Assembly (NCBI GenBank): GCA_963769935.1
Contig: CAVYNY010000007.1
Coordinates: 160,001 to 224,000, forward strand
Reading direction: 5' to 3'
From: an uncultured delta proteobacterium
Lineage (GTDB): Bacteria; Desulfobacterota; Desulfobacteria; Desulfobacterales; JAFDCJ01
Length of the DNA: 64,000 nucleotides
Below the pieces are notes generated by a model. The model worked only from the letters and a program-made list of their open reading frames with translations. It searched no databases and was not told the DNA's origin. The number at the start of each line of letters is the position of its first letter. The first letter of the stretch is position 1. Position numbers and translations under genes: made by a program. Below are positions 49,010 through 59,728 of this stretch, piece after piece.

Positions 49010-49531
49010 AGCGCGGTGAGATCATCCAAATCATCCCTTGACAACCGATTAAATTTTAATTACAGAGAACAAGCTTTGTGAACATCTGCCTCATAAAGCT
49101 CATTTCAGTATTCAGCTAAACCCTCTCATCTGATAATTTCTGTAGCGCTAACAGTGGAACTATTCAAGGTGTTGCGCAATATGTCTTCTAATTTTTTAAT
49201 GGTGCTATGGAGGCAGATTCCAATTTTCCCGCAATTGAATCGGATCAAATGTAGTATAGATTTCATAAAATTATGTAGCTCTTTGCTTAATTTTTTTGAT
49301 CCAAATATTCGGCTTTCTATCTAAAATACTGTAATTATTGTTTATATGTTTTCAGTCGTTTTTTGTATAATTTTTGCATGAGAAGGCGACATCTGGGCGT
49401 AAAAATTCCGTGTCTTATGCGAAATGCTTTGAATGTCAAATGAATCATGGGGATTTTTCGGTGATTCTATCATAGGGCAGGATAACAGAGGAATTCTCCA
49501 AATCCGTGGGCATCCAAACAGGAGGTGACAT

Positions 49532-50887
49532 ATGTGTAAAAAGATCATTTATCTTCGGATACTTTTTATATTTGGACTAGTGATGCTTTCGGGCTGCACG
49601 TCGTATATGAAAGGTACCATGGATTTGGAGCGGGAAAATTATGAAGCTGCCATCGAAAACTTCCAGCAGGAACTGTCAAAAAACCCAAACAACTGGCAGG
49701 CCAGGCAGCAACTCGGGTTCGCTTATCTGAAAACCGGTCGGAATGACCAGGCAATTGCCGAGTTGCAATACGTCCTGGGGCAAGAGCCGGCTGACGTAAC
49801 GGCCTTGAGCTACGCCCCCAAGGATGTCGAGCGCGGGCTGGGGCAAAAACCGGATGCCCCTTACGCGAATTATTACCTGGGACTGGCGTATTTGCGCAAC
49901 GGACAGCGAAGTGAGGCCGTTGAAACCTGGCGGACCTACAATAATCCGCGTGAGCCGATACTGGCAGACGAAATCAAAAAACAGGTAACGGTCGTCGATA
50001 TCTATGACAGTCTGTATCTTGCCAGGCAAGCCCTGGAAGAGGAGAAAAAGCTTGAAACGACGCCGCCCAAACCGGGAACGGTCGCCGTATTTTATTTCAA
50101 GGATCTCAGCCCGGACAATCGCTTTCGCTATCTGCAAAAAGCAATGGCTGAAATGATTATCACGGATTTGACGAAGGTGAAATCTTTGCAGGTTCTGGAA
50201 CGGACGCGCGTACAGTATCTTTTGTATGAGATGAAAATGGGACAGACAGGCATTGTTGAAGAAAAAACGGCACCTCGAGCGGGTCGGCTGCTCGGGGCCG
50301 AAAACCTGCTCGTGGGCAGCCTCGAACCCGGCAGCATAGAAGCCAAGGCCAGCGTAGCTTCCACGACATCCAAGGATGTGGTCGGCGCCTTTTCAGTCAA
50401 AGCGGAGCAGGAAGAGTTTTTTGTGCTGGAAAAAGAAATAGTCTATAACGTATTGAAAGTATTGCCGGTTACTTTCACTCCGGAGGAAGAAGCGCAATTT
50501 AAAGGGTATCACACCAAAAACCTGCAGGCCGTCCTTTACTTCGGCCAGGGACTCGATGCCCTGGATGCGGGTCAATGGAAAGATGCCAGGGTTTCCTTCA
50601 AAAGGGCCACTGAAGAGGACCCGGACTTTAAATTGGCCCAATATTATCTGGAGCGATGCCCTGCTGCAACTGTCGCCAGTTTAACTACCCTGGGTGGGAT
50701 GACGGTGGGGCAAATGGCCGACAATGTCGAAGCGGCTGTGGATCAGGCCTCAAGTGCTCAAGCGGCCATAACATCCGGCCAGGGAACAGGGCCTGGAGAA
50801 GGGGGTGTTCCTTCTGGCCCAACGCCGGCACCGGCGCCGACACCGACTCCGGGACCTACTACCGGAAATGTATCCATCAGCTGGTAG
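49532..50887 (+). CDS. TPR lipoprotein with a CsgG/TolB-N-like domain
   Basis: Lipobox LSGC; TPRs; VAVFYF..MIITDL..LQVLER..GRLLGAENLLVGS. SD AGGAGG. Confidence 0.82.
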   Translation: MCKKIIYLRILFIFGLVMLSGCTSYMKGTMDLERENYEAAIENFQQELSKNPNNWQARQQLGFAYLKTGRNDQAIAELQYVLGQEPADVTALSYAPKDVERGLGQKPDAPYANYYLGLAYLRNGQRSEAVETWRTYNNPREPILADEIKKQVTVVDIYDSLYLARQALEEEKKLETTPPKPGTVAVFYFKDLSPDNRFRYLQKAMAEMIITDLTKVKSLQVLERTRVQYLLYEMKMGQTGIVEEKTAPRAGRLLGAENLLVGSLEPGSIEAKASVASTTSKDVVGAFSVKAEQEEFFVLEKEIVYNVLKVLPVTFTPEEEAQFKGYHTKNLQAVLYFGQGLDALDAGQWKDARVSFKRATEEDPDFKLAQYYLERCPAATVASLTTLGGMTVGQMADNVEAAVDQASSAQAAITSGQGTGPGEGGVPSGPTPAPAPTPTPGPTTGNVSISW

Positions 50888-50954
50888 TGGATTGCAGCTC
50901 CAAAAGATATGGAAAAACTCAGCTTTTCGAAACGTCCACAAGCGGGAGGATAAG

Positions 50955-52799
50955 ATGAAGCCCCTGAATAGTAAATCAAATGCCAATTTGATGGTTTTGA
51001 ATTTAGCGTTTTGCTGTTTGATTGCTCTCTTTTATTCCTGCGGCAGCGGCGGCGGAGGTGATTCCGCCGCAGCCTTCGGGAAAGGCTCGGTCGGCTTCAG
51101 TCTTGCCCTGGATAACCCGGCCGCTGCCCGGGCCGTGAGTTTCAGGGCAGCGGCTGATGCGGAGGTGCAATTCGCATGTGAAGACTATCAAATTGCAACA
51201 ATTGAAGCCCAGGTGGTTGACAAAAACGGGGCCGTGCTTGTTGAAGGCAGCTGGGCCTGTGATGAGCACCAGGCGACTATAAGCGGAATAACGCCGGGAG
51301 ACGGCATCGTCGTCAAGGTATTTGGAAGGGATGCGGACGGGGTTGTTCTCTTCGAGGGGCAAAGCGACGAGCTAATTGTTGTCGCAGGGCAAACGACCGA
51401 CGCGGGGCTGATTATTCTTGAACCGGTACCTTTCCTTGACACTGTTGCCCGGGTGAGTGTGGATTCAAACGCGCAAGAAGGAAACAATGCTTCTTTGTTC
51501 CCATCCGTCAGCGGCAGTGGCCGGCTGGTAGCCTACGGCTCATTTGCAGACAACCTTGCGACCGGTGACAGCAATGAACGGGCGGATGTATTTGTACACG
51601 ACCTGATTTCCGGCATCACAGAACTGGTCAGCGTGGCGTCTGATGGAACTCAGGGCAACGATGACAGCGGCCTTTACAGAGGGGAGGGCATATCCGCGTC
51701 TATAGCCATCGGTTCGAATGGTCGCTTTGTGGCTTTCGCATCTAATGCTTCCAATCTGGTCTCCGGTGATAGCAATGGATCAGCAGATGTATTTGTTCGC
51801 GACCGACAGTTGGAGACTACGGCGGTAGTCAGCGTTGCTTCGGACGGCACCATAGGAGACGACTGGAGCGGATTTGAGTATAAAATTGGAATCAGCTCCA
51901 ATGGGCGCCATGTGGCCTTTGCGTCATGGGCTGCAAATCTGGTGGCCAATGACACTAATGAGTCTATCGATATTTTTGTGAATGACCGCGATACGGATGC
52001 AGACGGCGTTTTTGATGAACCCGGCGCTATTGCGACCGTCCGAGCCAGCGTTGCGTCAGACGGCAGCGCCGGCAACGATAACAGTTATGATCCGGCAGTC
52101 AGCAGTGACGGGCGGTTTATAGCCTTTGCGTCGAATGCAACCAATCTGGTGGCTGATGATGCCAATTCTTACAGCGATGTTTTTGTGCATGACCGTGATG
52201 CCGATGAAAATGGAACATTTGATGAATCCGGCGGTATCTCAACCGTCCGAGTGAGTGTTGCTTCAGATGGCAGCCCTGCCAACTCTTACTGCTATAATCC
52301 CGCGATCAGCGGCAATGGACGTTATGTAGCCTTCACATCCAATGCAACTAATCTGGTGCCCGGTGACACCAATAATTCCAGCGATATCTTTGTGCATGAC
52401 CGCGATGCGGGCACGACCGTCCGGGTGAGTGTGGCGTCAGGCGGCAATGCCGGCAACGATGATTGTTATAATCCCGCGATCAGCGACGACGGCCGGTTTG
52501 TAGTATTTGAGTCATGGGCAGACAATCTGGTGCCCGATGACACCAATGACTCCATAGATATTTTTGTGCATGACCGCGATGCCAATGAAAACGGCGTATT
52601 TGATGAACCCGGCGGTGTTTCGACCGAACGCGTCAGTGTTGCTTTCAGCGGTACCGATGCCAACAGTAGTTCAGCGAATCCTGCAATCAGTTCGAACGGA
52701 CGCATCGTAGCATTCGATTCATACGCAACCAATCTCGTCAGCGGCGATAACAATGAGGTGCAGGACGTCTTTGCAGCGCCAAACCCATTTGTGCCCTAA
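50955..52799 (+). CDS. Lipoprotein with TolB/WD40-like beta-propeller repeats
   Basis: Lipobox FYSC. Repeated RVSVASDG...PAIS.DGR.VAF.S.A.NLV.GD.N...DVFV.D units. SD GGAGG. Confidence 0.88.
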   Translation: MKPLNSKSNANLMVLNLAFCCLIALFYSCGSGGGGDSAAAFGKGSVGFSLALDNPAAARAVSFRAAADAEVQFACEDYQIATIEAQVVDKNGAVLVEGSWACDEHQATISGITPGDGIVVKVFGRDADGVVLFEGQSDELIVVAGQTTDAGLIILEPVPFLDTVARVSVDSNAQEGNNASLFPSVSGSGRLVAYGSFADNLATGDSNERADVFVHDLISGITELVSVASDGTQGNDDSGLYRGEGISASIAIGSNGRFVAFASNASNLVSGDSNGSADVFVRDRQLETTAVVSVASDGTIGDDWSGFEYKIGISSNGRHVAFASWAANLVANDTNESIDIFVNDRDTDADGVFDEPGAIATVRASVASDGSAGNDNSYDPAVSSDGRFIAFASNATNLVADDANSYSDVFVHDRDADENGTFDESGGISTVRVSVASDGSPANSYCYNPAISGNGRYVAFTSNATNLVPGDTNNSSDIFVHDRDAGTTVRVSVASGGNAGNDDCYNPAISDDGRFVVFESWADNLVPDDTNDSIDIFVHDRDANENGVFDEPGGVSTERVSVAFSGTDANSSSANPAISSNGRIVAFDSYATNLVSGDNNEVQDVFAAPNPFVP

Positions 52800-52847
52800 T
52801 TAAAAAAAAGAATTTAATTCAGCCTAAATCCGTAAATAGCAGTCCAG

Positions 52848-52886
52848 AAAGCCCACGAGGCGTAACATTTCCCCGTGGGCTTTTTT
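52848..52886 (+). terminator. Rho-independent terminator
   Basis: AAAGCCCACG...CGTGGGCTTT stem followed by a T run. Confidence 0.8.
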
Positions 52887-53166
52887 GTTGCAAAAGCAAT
52901 TTGGAATTCCAATGGATCCGTTGTCGGCACGGGTGGTCGTTTCGAAAAGCTTCTGTCTGAAATTATTAAGGATTATTTCCTTGACAGACAGATGTTACTT
53001 GGCATATGAAATTTGGGATATCTGATTTGGGAAAAAAGGATTCTACCGCCACCTGAACCGTTGAAGTAGCAACTCGTATTCTCGCGCCCCGCAAAACCAA
53101 GTTTCTCAGGAAATTATCGACCAGACCTAATTGTGACTAGAAAAGCACTGTTCAGCGGTAAAAGCC

Positions 53167-54123
53167 ATGTTATGGAAAATGAAAACCATAAAATCCGTAA
53201 TGATCAGTTGTTTGTTGATTTGCCCGATCTTTTTTTTTGATTCCCCATGTGCCGGATCGGAAACCTCCTCCCGGTTGTATTCTCTTCCTATCAGCGAACT
53301 GGAAGCCATAATGTCAGATTGGCTCACCCGGTCCGGTTTTCAAATACAGCGTTCCAAGCCTGAAATGGGCGATGTTCAGTTAACCATTACGCGACCGGCC
53401 GAAAAATTACAAATCGTTTTAAAACCTCATTCAGCCGTGACGACCGAGCTTCATGCCCTGCCTGCGGCGATCGCTTCCCAGGAAAATGCCACCATTGACC
53501 GCATGGCGGCCTATCTTGAGAAGTATATCCAGGCACTGGCCGAACAAAAGGAAAACTCCAATCAAATTATTCCGCCGGTGGTCCTGGCGCAGATCGGAAA
53601 TGTGGTCTGCCTGAAAACAAGATTCCATGATAAAACAGCACAGTATTCCGGCGTTATTGTGGATACTCAGGGCCTTATTCTGAGCACAATCCATGATGTC
53701 CAGACGCTGCATGGTATTACGATCACCCTTTTTGATGGCCGTGAAACAACGGGCGAGATCATTAAAAGGGACATCAAACACGACCTTGCTCTGATAGACA
53801 TCGGATCGAGTGTTGAGCATGCCGTTTCTCTGGCCCAGAGTCGCAACCTGCTGGGGATGGGCGAGAGAGTGTACTCGGTCGGGTGCCCGATGGATCTGGT
53901 CGGCTCGGTTTTTCCCGGCATCATTAACGGACCTCCCCGGCGAGTCGGGGATTTGCCGTACTGGCAGGTCAACATGGAGATTCATCCGGGCAGCAGCGGC
54001 AGTCCTGTTTTTGATGTCCAAGGCAATCTGGTCGGAATTGTAAAGGGCCGCTACCGGGGTACCGAAACCATCGGTTTTCTAATCCCGATCGAGACCATCA
54101 TCGCATTTGTGAAAGGACCGTAA
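53167..54123 (+). CDS. Exported trypsin-like serine protease
   Basis: Signal-like N-terminus. Triad STIH, DLAL and PGSSGSP. No PDZ domain. Confidence 0.88.
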   Translation: MLWKMKTIKSVMISCLLICPIFFFDSPCAGSETSSRLYSLPISELEAIMSDWLTRSGFQIQRSKPEMGDVQLTITRPAEKLQIVLKPHSAVTTELHALPAAIASQENATIDRMAAYLEKYIQALAEQKENSNQIIPPVVLAQIGNVVCLKTRFHDKTAQYSGVIVDTQGLILSTIHDVQTLHGITITLFDGRETTGEIIKRDIKHDLALIDIGSSVEHAVSLAQSRNLLGMGERVYSVGCPMDLVGSVFPGIINGPPRRVGDLPYWQVNMEIHPGSSGSPVFDVQGNLVGIVKGRYRGTETIGFLIPIETIIAFVKGP

Positions 54124-54126
54124 AAT

Positions 54127-55311
54127 ATGAACTACGGTCGGTACGAGGTTGTTGATGAAATTGGCCAGGGTTCAATGGGGGTTGTTTATCGGGCCTATGA
54201 TCCCCAAATCAATCGGCACATTGCTTTGAAGCTATTGCGCCAGGACCGGGTCACCAGCGAGGAATTGGTGCAGCGATTTCTCAAAGAGGCCCAGGCCATG
54301 GGAGGGCTTTCGCATCCCAACATCGCCACCGTTTACGATACGGGACAGGATCACGGCACCATCTTCATTGCCATGGAAATATTGAGGGGTAAATCCCTCA
54401 AAGACCTTATGGGGGAAAAGAAATTAAGTCTTAATGAAATTGTTCATATCGGCGTTCAGGTCGCCGAAGCGCTTGACTTTGCCCACCAGAAAGGCATTGT
54501 GCACCGGGACATAAAGCCCTCCAATATCATTATAGATCCTAAAGGCAATGCAAAAATCACAGACTTCGGCATTGCGCACATCGAGGATCCTGCCGGCACC
54601 CAGCAAACGATACCCGGACAAATTTTAGGCACCCCCCTTTACATGTCGCCCGAGCAGGTCATGAGCAATCCCGTGGACGGGCGCTCGGATCTTTATTCTT
54701 TGGGGGTTATCCTATATGAGATGACCACCGGAACCCCTCCCTTTAAAGGCGATAACCTCGCCGCCATCTTCCAGGCAATTTTGCAGGGGACACCCCGGGC
54801 GCCGGAGCTGGACGGATCTCCTGTTTCCCGGAACCTCTCCAATCTGATTATGAAGAGTTTGAACAAAGATCCCGCCAAGCGATTTCAGACGGGCCTGGAG
54901 ATGGCACAACCGCTCAAAGGTTGTCTTCAGAGGAGGCAGTCGGATACCATCCGGGGCGTGAGGCGTCCTGAAAAACGCAAACGCCTTTTTCCCATGGTGT
55001 TGGCAGCCATAGTACTCCTTGCCGCAGCCGCCGGATTGATTTATTTTAAGACCGGCAAAAGTACCCCGCCGGAAAACAAGCTTTTAGCAGTTTTAAAAGT
55101 CGAGAGCGATCCCTCGGGCGCCAACGTTTTTTTAAACGACTCCCTTAAAGGCCAAACTCCTCTGACCATTGATCTGCCTCTCGGGAAATATGAAATTCGT
55201 TTAAGTCGCCAAAATTTCAATGAATGGGAAGCTCAACTTCAACTGGATGAAGCGGGTGAAACGCCTTTGTTTGTAAGGCTTATTGCCGTGGAAAAAAATC
55301 AGAACCCATAA
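54127..55311 (+). CDS. Ser/Thr kinase - TM - PEGA domain
   Basis: GQGSMGVV, IALK, HRDIKPSN, DFG and GTPLYMSPEQ; TM; PEGA SDPSGANVFLN..GQTP. Confidence 0.95.
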   Translation: MNYGRYEVVDEIGQGSMGVVYRAYDPQINRHIALKLLRQDRVTSEELVQRFLKEAQAMGGLSHPNIATVYDTGQDHGTIFIAMEILRGKSLKDLMGEKKLSLNEIVHIGVQVAEALDFAHQKGIVHRDIKPSNIIIDPKGNAKITDFGIAHIEDPAGTQQTIPGQILGTPLYMSPEQVMSNPVDGRSDLYSLGVILYEMTTGTPPFKGDNLAAIFQAILQGTPRAPELDGSPVSRNLSNLIMKSLNKDPAKRFQTGLEMAQPLKGCLQRRQSDTIRGVRRPEKRKRLFPMVLAAIVLLAAAAGLIYFKTGKSTPPENKLLAVLKVESDPSGANVFLNDSLKGQTPLTIDLPLGKYEIRLSRQNFNEWEAQLQLDEAGETPLFVRLIAVEKNQNP

Positions 55312-55332
55312 CCCACGAAGCGATTAAAAGGA

Positions 55333-57288
55333 GTGATTAAAATGAGGTCCCTTATAAAAATGCTTGCCTGCTCGGCAGCACTTGTCGGCCTCGCTGTCAT
55401 CATCAGCGAGCCGGGCTACGGCCAAATTGCTGCCGGCCGACAGGCACCCGCCTTTGCCTTGGAGGATATCGGCGGTAAGCACCATGAGCTGGCAACGCTG
55501 GAAAACACGCCGATGGTTATTCTCTATTTTTTTGACGTAACGTCCCGACCCAGTCAAGAAGGCCTGTTGGCGCTGGATAATCTTGCCGGACGCTATGCGC
55601 AGGCCGATTTGAAAGTGTGGGCGATCACCCGTTCCGCCAAAGAAAATGTGTCTGAATTTGTTTCCCGGAGCCGAATTTCCTACCCGGTTCTCGTAGACAA
55701 TTCCAAAGTCAGCGATCTTTACCAGGCCCGCTTCGTGCTGCCGACGGTTTGCATCCTTGGCCCCGGGTTGAAAGTGCTGGATTATATACAGGGAGGCGGC
55801 AAAACCACCGAAATTATGCTGGTGAAGTTGGCTGAAAAAGAATTGCAGCGTAAACAGACAACGATCGCGAGAGAGATCAGTGAAGATGTTGTCCGCAAGG
55901 ACCCGCAAAATGTAGATGCTAAAATGGTCAAGGGATACGCGGAACTCAAAGGCGGCGATCTGGCTGCCGCTGAAAAAACCTTCAACTCCCTGTCTCAAGA
56001 CGCGGGCCAGGGCAAAGTTCTGGGCGAAGAGGGGATGGTTTCCGTGTATGCCGAGAAAGGACAGACCCAAGAGGCTTTGGACCTGGCCGAGAAAGTAGAG
56101 CAAAAAGCACCGGATCGGGGGTATGTGAATACCGTCAAGGCAGATATTTTATATGCCAAAGGCCAAAAAAAAGAAGCCCAGGCCGAATACCGCAAGGCCG
56201 TGAGTAAAAAATCGGCCGCTCCTTTTCAAAAGGCGGTTTCGCTGAATAAGCTCGGGCGCCTGCAGGCCAGTATCGGGAATTTGTCCGGGGCCCGGGAGCT
56301 TTATGATCAGGCGGTGGCAATTGATCCTTATTACATTGAAGCAACCGCCAATTCTGCCAAGACTTACGAAAAAGAGGGCAAGTGGGATAAAGCCCTGGGT
56401 GCGTACCGCCAGGCTCTGGCAGTCGATAAAGATGATGTGTTTGCCGCGACCCTGGCGAAAAGAGCTCAGATGATGGTTGCGCTCCAGAATGATGTTGAGA
56501 GAAAAAAACGCATGGACGCCCTGGTCAAGCGCCTGGCCGAGCGCTATCGCAGCCAGCAGCAATCCAAAACCAAAGCAGCGGAAGACTCCTGGACGTCGCG
56601 GCCCATGGTGATGACTTTCGTCGATTTGCAGGAAAAAGGCGGATTATCCGAACGGGATGGATTGCCCACCGTTTTAATGTTTCAACTGTCCGATGAGCTC
56701 AATGCATCCGGCCGAATTCATGTGGTCGAACGGATCTTGATTGAAAAACTGCTCGAGGAATTAGATCTCGGCTCCTCGGACTTGGCCGATCCCGATACGG
56801 CCTTAAAACTGGGCAAAATACTGGCCGCTAAAATCATCGGTACCGGTTCTATTTACTATCTTCCGGCCGGCAATATTCTGAGTCTGCGCTTGATCGATAC
56901 CGAAACCTCGGAGCTGCCCAAGATCATCAACCGCCAGTTCGGTCCGAAAGTGTCGCTGGATAAAGAACTGAATCAGCTTTATCACGAAATTCTGACAGCT
57001 GTTATGCAAACTTATCCGTTGCGAGGCTACATTGTGCAGGTATCTTCGGATCGGATTATGATCAACCTGGGATCAAAACAGGGTGTGAGCCAGGGCACTA
57101 AATTTGAGGTATTAAAAGAAAAGGAACCCATCGAGTACAAGGGTAAAATCCTGCACGGTGCACCCGAAGCCGTTGCATTATTGCAGGTGGAGCAAGTCGA
57201 GCCGGATCTTTCTTACGCGCGCATTCTGAGCAAGCAAATCCCCATCGCCCGCGATGACAAGATTCAGGAGAAAGTGGGAAAACTCTAG
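55333..57288 (+). CDS. Exported redoxin-fold, TPR, CsgG-like and FlgT-C-like multidomain protein
   Basis: APAFALED..YPVLVD thioredoxin fold with SRPS in place of CxxC; TPRs; HVVER..LLEEL..LGKILAA; INLGSKQGV..G.KFEV. Confidence 0.8.
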   Translation: MIKMRSLIKMLACSAALVGLAVIISEPGYGQIAAGRQAPAFALEDIGGKHHELATLENTPMVILYFFDVTSRPSQEGLLALDNLAGRYAQADLKVWAITRSAKENVSEFVSRSRISYPVLVDNSKVSDLYQARFVLPTVCILGPGLKVLDYIQGGGKTTEIMLVKLAEKELQRKQTTIAREISEDVVRKDPQNVDAKMVKGYAELKGGDLAAAEKTFNSLSQDAGQGKVLGEEGMVSVYAEKGQTQEALDLAEKVEQKAPDRGYVNTVKADILYAKGQKKEAQAEYRKAVSKKSAAPFQKAVSLNKLGRLQASIGNLSGARELYDQAVAIDPYYIEATANSAKTYEKEGKWDKALGAYRQALAVDKDDVFAATLAKRAQMMVALQNDVERKKRMDALVKRLAERYRSQQQSKTKAAEDSWTSRPMVMTFVDLQEKGGLSERDGLPTVLMFQLSDELNASGRIHVVERILIEKLLEELDLGSSDLADPDTALKLGKILAAKIIGTGSIYYLPAGNILSLRLIDTETSELPKIINRQFGPKVSLDKELNQLYHEILTAVMQTYPLRGYIVQVSSDRIMINLGSKQGVSQGTKFEVLKEKEPIEYKGKILHGAPEAVALLQVEQVEPDLSYARILSKQIPIARDDKIQEKVGKL

Positions 57289-57300
57289 CTGGAGAAAGCC

Positions 57301-57801
57301 GTGTCGCTGCCAAAGCAACTCATAGGACTGTCACTGCTGCTGCTTGCGTTTTTATCCGGATGCACCCCGCTGCCTAAGCCAAGTGTGGACCGGCAGACGT
57401 CGGCGGTTGCTGTCTGGGATTTGGAAAACTTGAATCCGGACGAGGGCATCGGGACCGATATGGGCGAACTTTTGGCGTCGGAAGTGATCGAGACGTTCAA
57501 AGAATCCAGTACATTTCAGGTAGTCGAAAGGCAGCGTCTCATCCTGGCGCTGGAAGAGTTGAATCTGGGCAGCTCTTCTTTGGCCAACGAGGCGACGCGC
57601 TTGAGAATCGGCCGCATCGTGGGCGCCCGTTTCATGGTATTCGGCGGTTATTTCGTGCTCGGCGATATGATGCGTCTGGATTTGCGATTGGTGGAGGTTG
57701 AAACCGGCGCGATCGTCAAAGCGGCAGAGAAGACAACTGCTGCCGGTGATTTGAACGGCTGGCTGAAAGCCACGCGGCAGGCAGCCGAGGAATTGATTTA
57801 G
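57301..57801 (+). CDS. Small CsgG/HfaB-like lipoprotein
   Basis: Lipobox LSGC; VAVWDL, FQVVER..LEEL, IGRIVGARFMVFG and LRLVEVETG. Confidence 0.85.
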   Translation: MSLPKQLIGLSLLLLAFLSGCTPLPKPSVDRQTSAVAVWDLENLNPDEGIGTDMGELLASEVIETFKESSTFQVVERQRLILALEELNLGSSSLANEATRLRIGRIVGARFMVFGGYFVLGDMMRLDLRLVEVETGAIVKAAEKTTAAGDLNGWLKATRQAAEELI

Positions 57802-57802
57802 A

Positions 57803-59515
57803 ATGATCGAGGGGGGACTATTGCCCACGATGCGTTTCAAAATCGTTAACACGGATGATCCCAATCTTGTTTTTGAGACAGATCGGCGAGAATTCGCACT
57901 CGGCAGATCCAAAGAGTGTGAGATCGTCATCCAAGATCCTTCTATTTCAAGGGTTCAGGCCCGGGTTCGGTTTGAAAGCAACCGTTTTTACATTGAAAAT
58001 ACAGGGCAAAATCCCGTTCAGATAAATGGCGCACCCACAGCCGGCCAGTTTCTCAATGACGGTGATCAAATTACGCTGGGCACAACCAGTTTCCGGTTTC
58101 AAGCAGACCGGACTTTTGATGTAACACCGCATCCGATCGCTTTTGACGAGAAAACAATCGCCGTTGGCTCCCTGCCGAATCATACATTGGGTCCACGCCT
58201 GGTTCTCACCACCGATGCCGGCGACACGCAAGCATACCCCATGAATAAGGACCGCCTTATCATCGGTCGGTCCGAAGATGCAGACATCGCTTTGCAGGAT
58301 CCCTCCATTTCGCGCCAACACGGCATAATCGAACAGCGGGAAGACGGGTATTTTGTCAAAAACTTGAGCCAAACCAATCCGTTATTGCTCAATGATGCGA
58401 CCGTTTCCGACAATCGCCTTTATTCAGGGGATCTTATTCGCGTCGGCTCTTTTTATTTGACTTTCGTATCAGACCGGCCCGAGGACGCCAAACCCATCGA
58501 GGAGAAGATCATCACTCAGCAAAAGGGACCGGGGTGGGCGCTCTGGCTGGCAGCGGCCTGCTTAATTCTGATTGCTGGAAGCTTCTTGCTTTACCGGCAT
58601 GCTTACTATCCCTGGAAAATTAATCGGAACCTGAAATCAATTGCCGGTCAAATTGCGGCGGGCAAATATCAGCCGGCCCAAGACGCGCTGCGGCGTCTGC
58701 TCACTAAAGGCGTCTCGCCGGACAGCAGGCGCAGGGCCAGAGAGCTGCTGGCTCAGACGGCGCTGGCGATTGTGCAGAATCTGGCCGAAGCCGGCAAGCT
58801 TCCGGAGGCGGAACAATACCTGATTGCCTATCTGAAAGAATATGGCGGCGGCAAAGAAGCGGACACTCTCTGGGAGCGCCTGGATATGTACCGGGTCGAA
58901 ATCGCTCAAAACCTGGAAACCGCCTCGCAGTATCAGGCCGCTTTGGGCCTGTATGCAGCGGTGAGAGAAGACAGCCCCTATTATGGCCGCGCCCAGCAGG
59001 GCATCCGGCGAATTTGGCTTGCGTCCCAGCAGGAACAACGCCGGGATCAGAATGTGGCCCAATTGCTTCAGGAGGCTGATCAGGATTTCAGAGCCAAACG
59101 CTACCTGACGCCGGTCAACAGCAATGCCTATTCTGTTTATCAGGCCGTTCTGGCCGCAGATCCTGAGAACTCCATTGCTCTGGAGCGCATCGAGCAAATG
59201 AAAGACTTCTATCTCAGATACGGCGAAGAGTATTTTAATAAAAATAGCTGGCGCAATGCCCTGACCTATTTTGAACGATATGTTTTTATGGCACCCGATT
59301 CACCGGACATCCAGCAGAAAATCGACCTCTGCCGCGCTAAGTTGAAAGCATCCGATTCGAACGGTCCGCAGACCGGGGCAAAATCAGCCGCACCGGAAAA
59401 GAGCCGCGAGCAGGTCAAAAAATTACTCGAAGAATCCGGCGTTGAAAGTTCGCGCATCATCAAATTTCTTTATGAGGATCCGGGCGGTGAAAAAGATCCC
59501 GAAAAACCCTGGTAG
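57803..59515 (+). CDS. FHA-FHA - TM - periplasmic TPR protein
   Basis: Two GRS..I.DPSISR FHA motifs; TM WALWLAAACLILIAGSFLLY; helical TPR C-terminus. Confidence 0.88.
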   Translation: MIEGGLLPTMRFKIVNTDDPNLVFETDRREFALGRSKECEIVIQDPSISRVQARVRFESNRFYIENTGQNPVQINGAPTAGQFLNDGDQITLGTTSFRFQADRTFDVTPHPIAFDEKTIAVGSLPNHTLGPRLVLTTDAGDTQAYPMNKDRLIIGRSEDADIALQDPSISRQHGIIEQREDGYFVKNLSQTNPLLLNDATVSDNRLYSGDLIRVGSFYLTFVSDRPEDAKPIEEKIITQQKGPGWALWLAAACLILIAGSFLLYRHAYYPWKINRNLKSIAGQIAAGKYQPAQDALRRLLTKGVSPDSRRRARELLAQTALAIVQNLAEAGKLPEAEQYLIAYLKEYGGGKEADTLWERLDMYRVEIAQNLETASQYQAALGLYAAVREDSPYYGRAQQGIRRIWLASQQEQRRDQNVAQLLQEADQDFRAKRYLTPVNSNAYSVYQAVLAADPENSIALERIEQMKDFYLRYGEEYFNKNSWRNALTYFERYVFMAPDSPDIQQKIDLCRAKLKASDSNGPQTGAKSAAPEKSREQVKKLLEESGVESSRIIKFLYEDPGGEKDPEKPW

Positions 59516-59728
59516 TTTCCGGCGGGGCGGCCATGCAATTTAAATATTTCCTCAGACACTTAACTGAGCGATATCGACAATTTGTTGTCGATGTTGATTA
59601 ACCGCTGGCAGTTCTATGTATGAATGAACTAAAATTAAAAATGACTAAAATGAGCTAAAATTTTGGAATCCTATCGATTTAAAAAGACAGAATACCGCAA
59701 ATATTCAATATTCGATTTTCAATCTTCA

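Noticed and set aside
50805..50954. Extended N-termini from the ORF track (50805, 16060, 19045, 30977, 32539, 59663)
   Set aside because: They overlap upstream genes or repeats. Downstream ATGs fit SD sites, signal peptides or family starts better.
49532..57801. Curli biogenesis operon
   Set aside because: No curlin-repeat subunits or CsgE/CsgF in the window.
59574..59592. Palindrome TCGACAA-TTTG-TTGTCGA as an operator
   Set aside because: Single occurrence with no regulator in the window and no second copy to support a motif.
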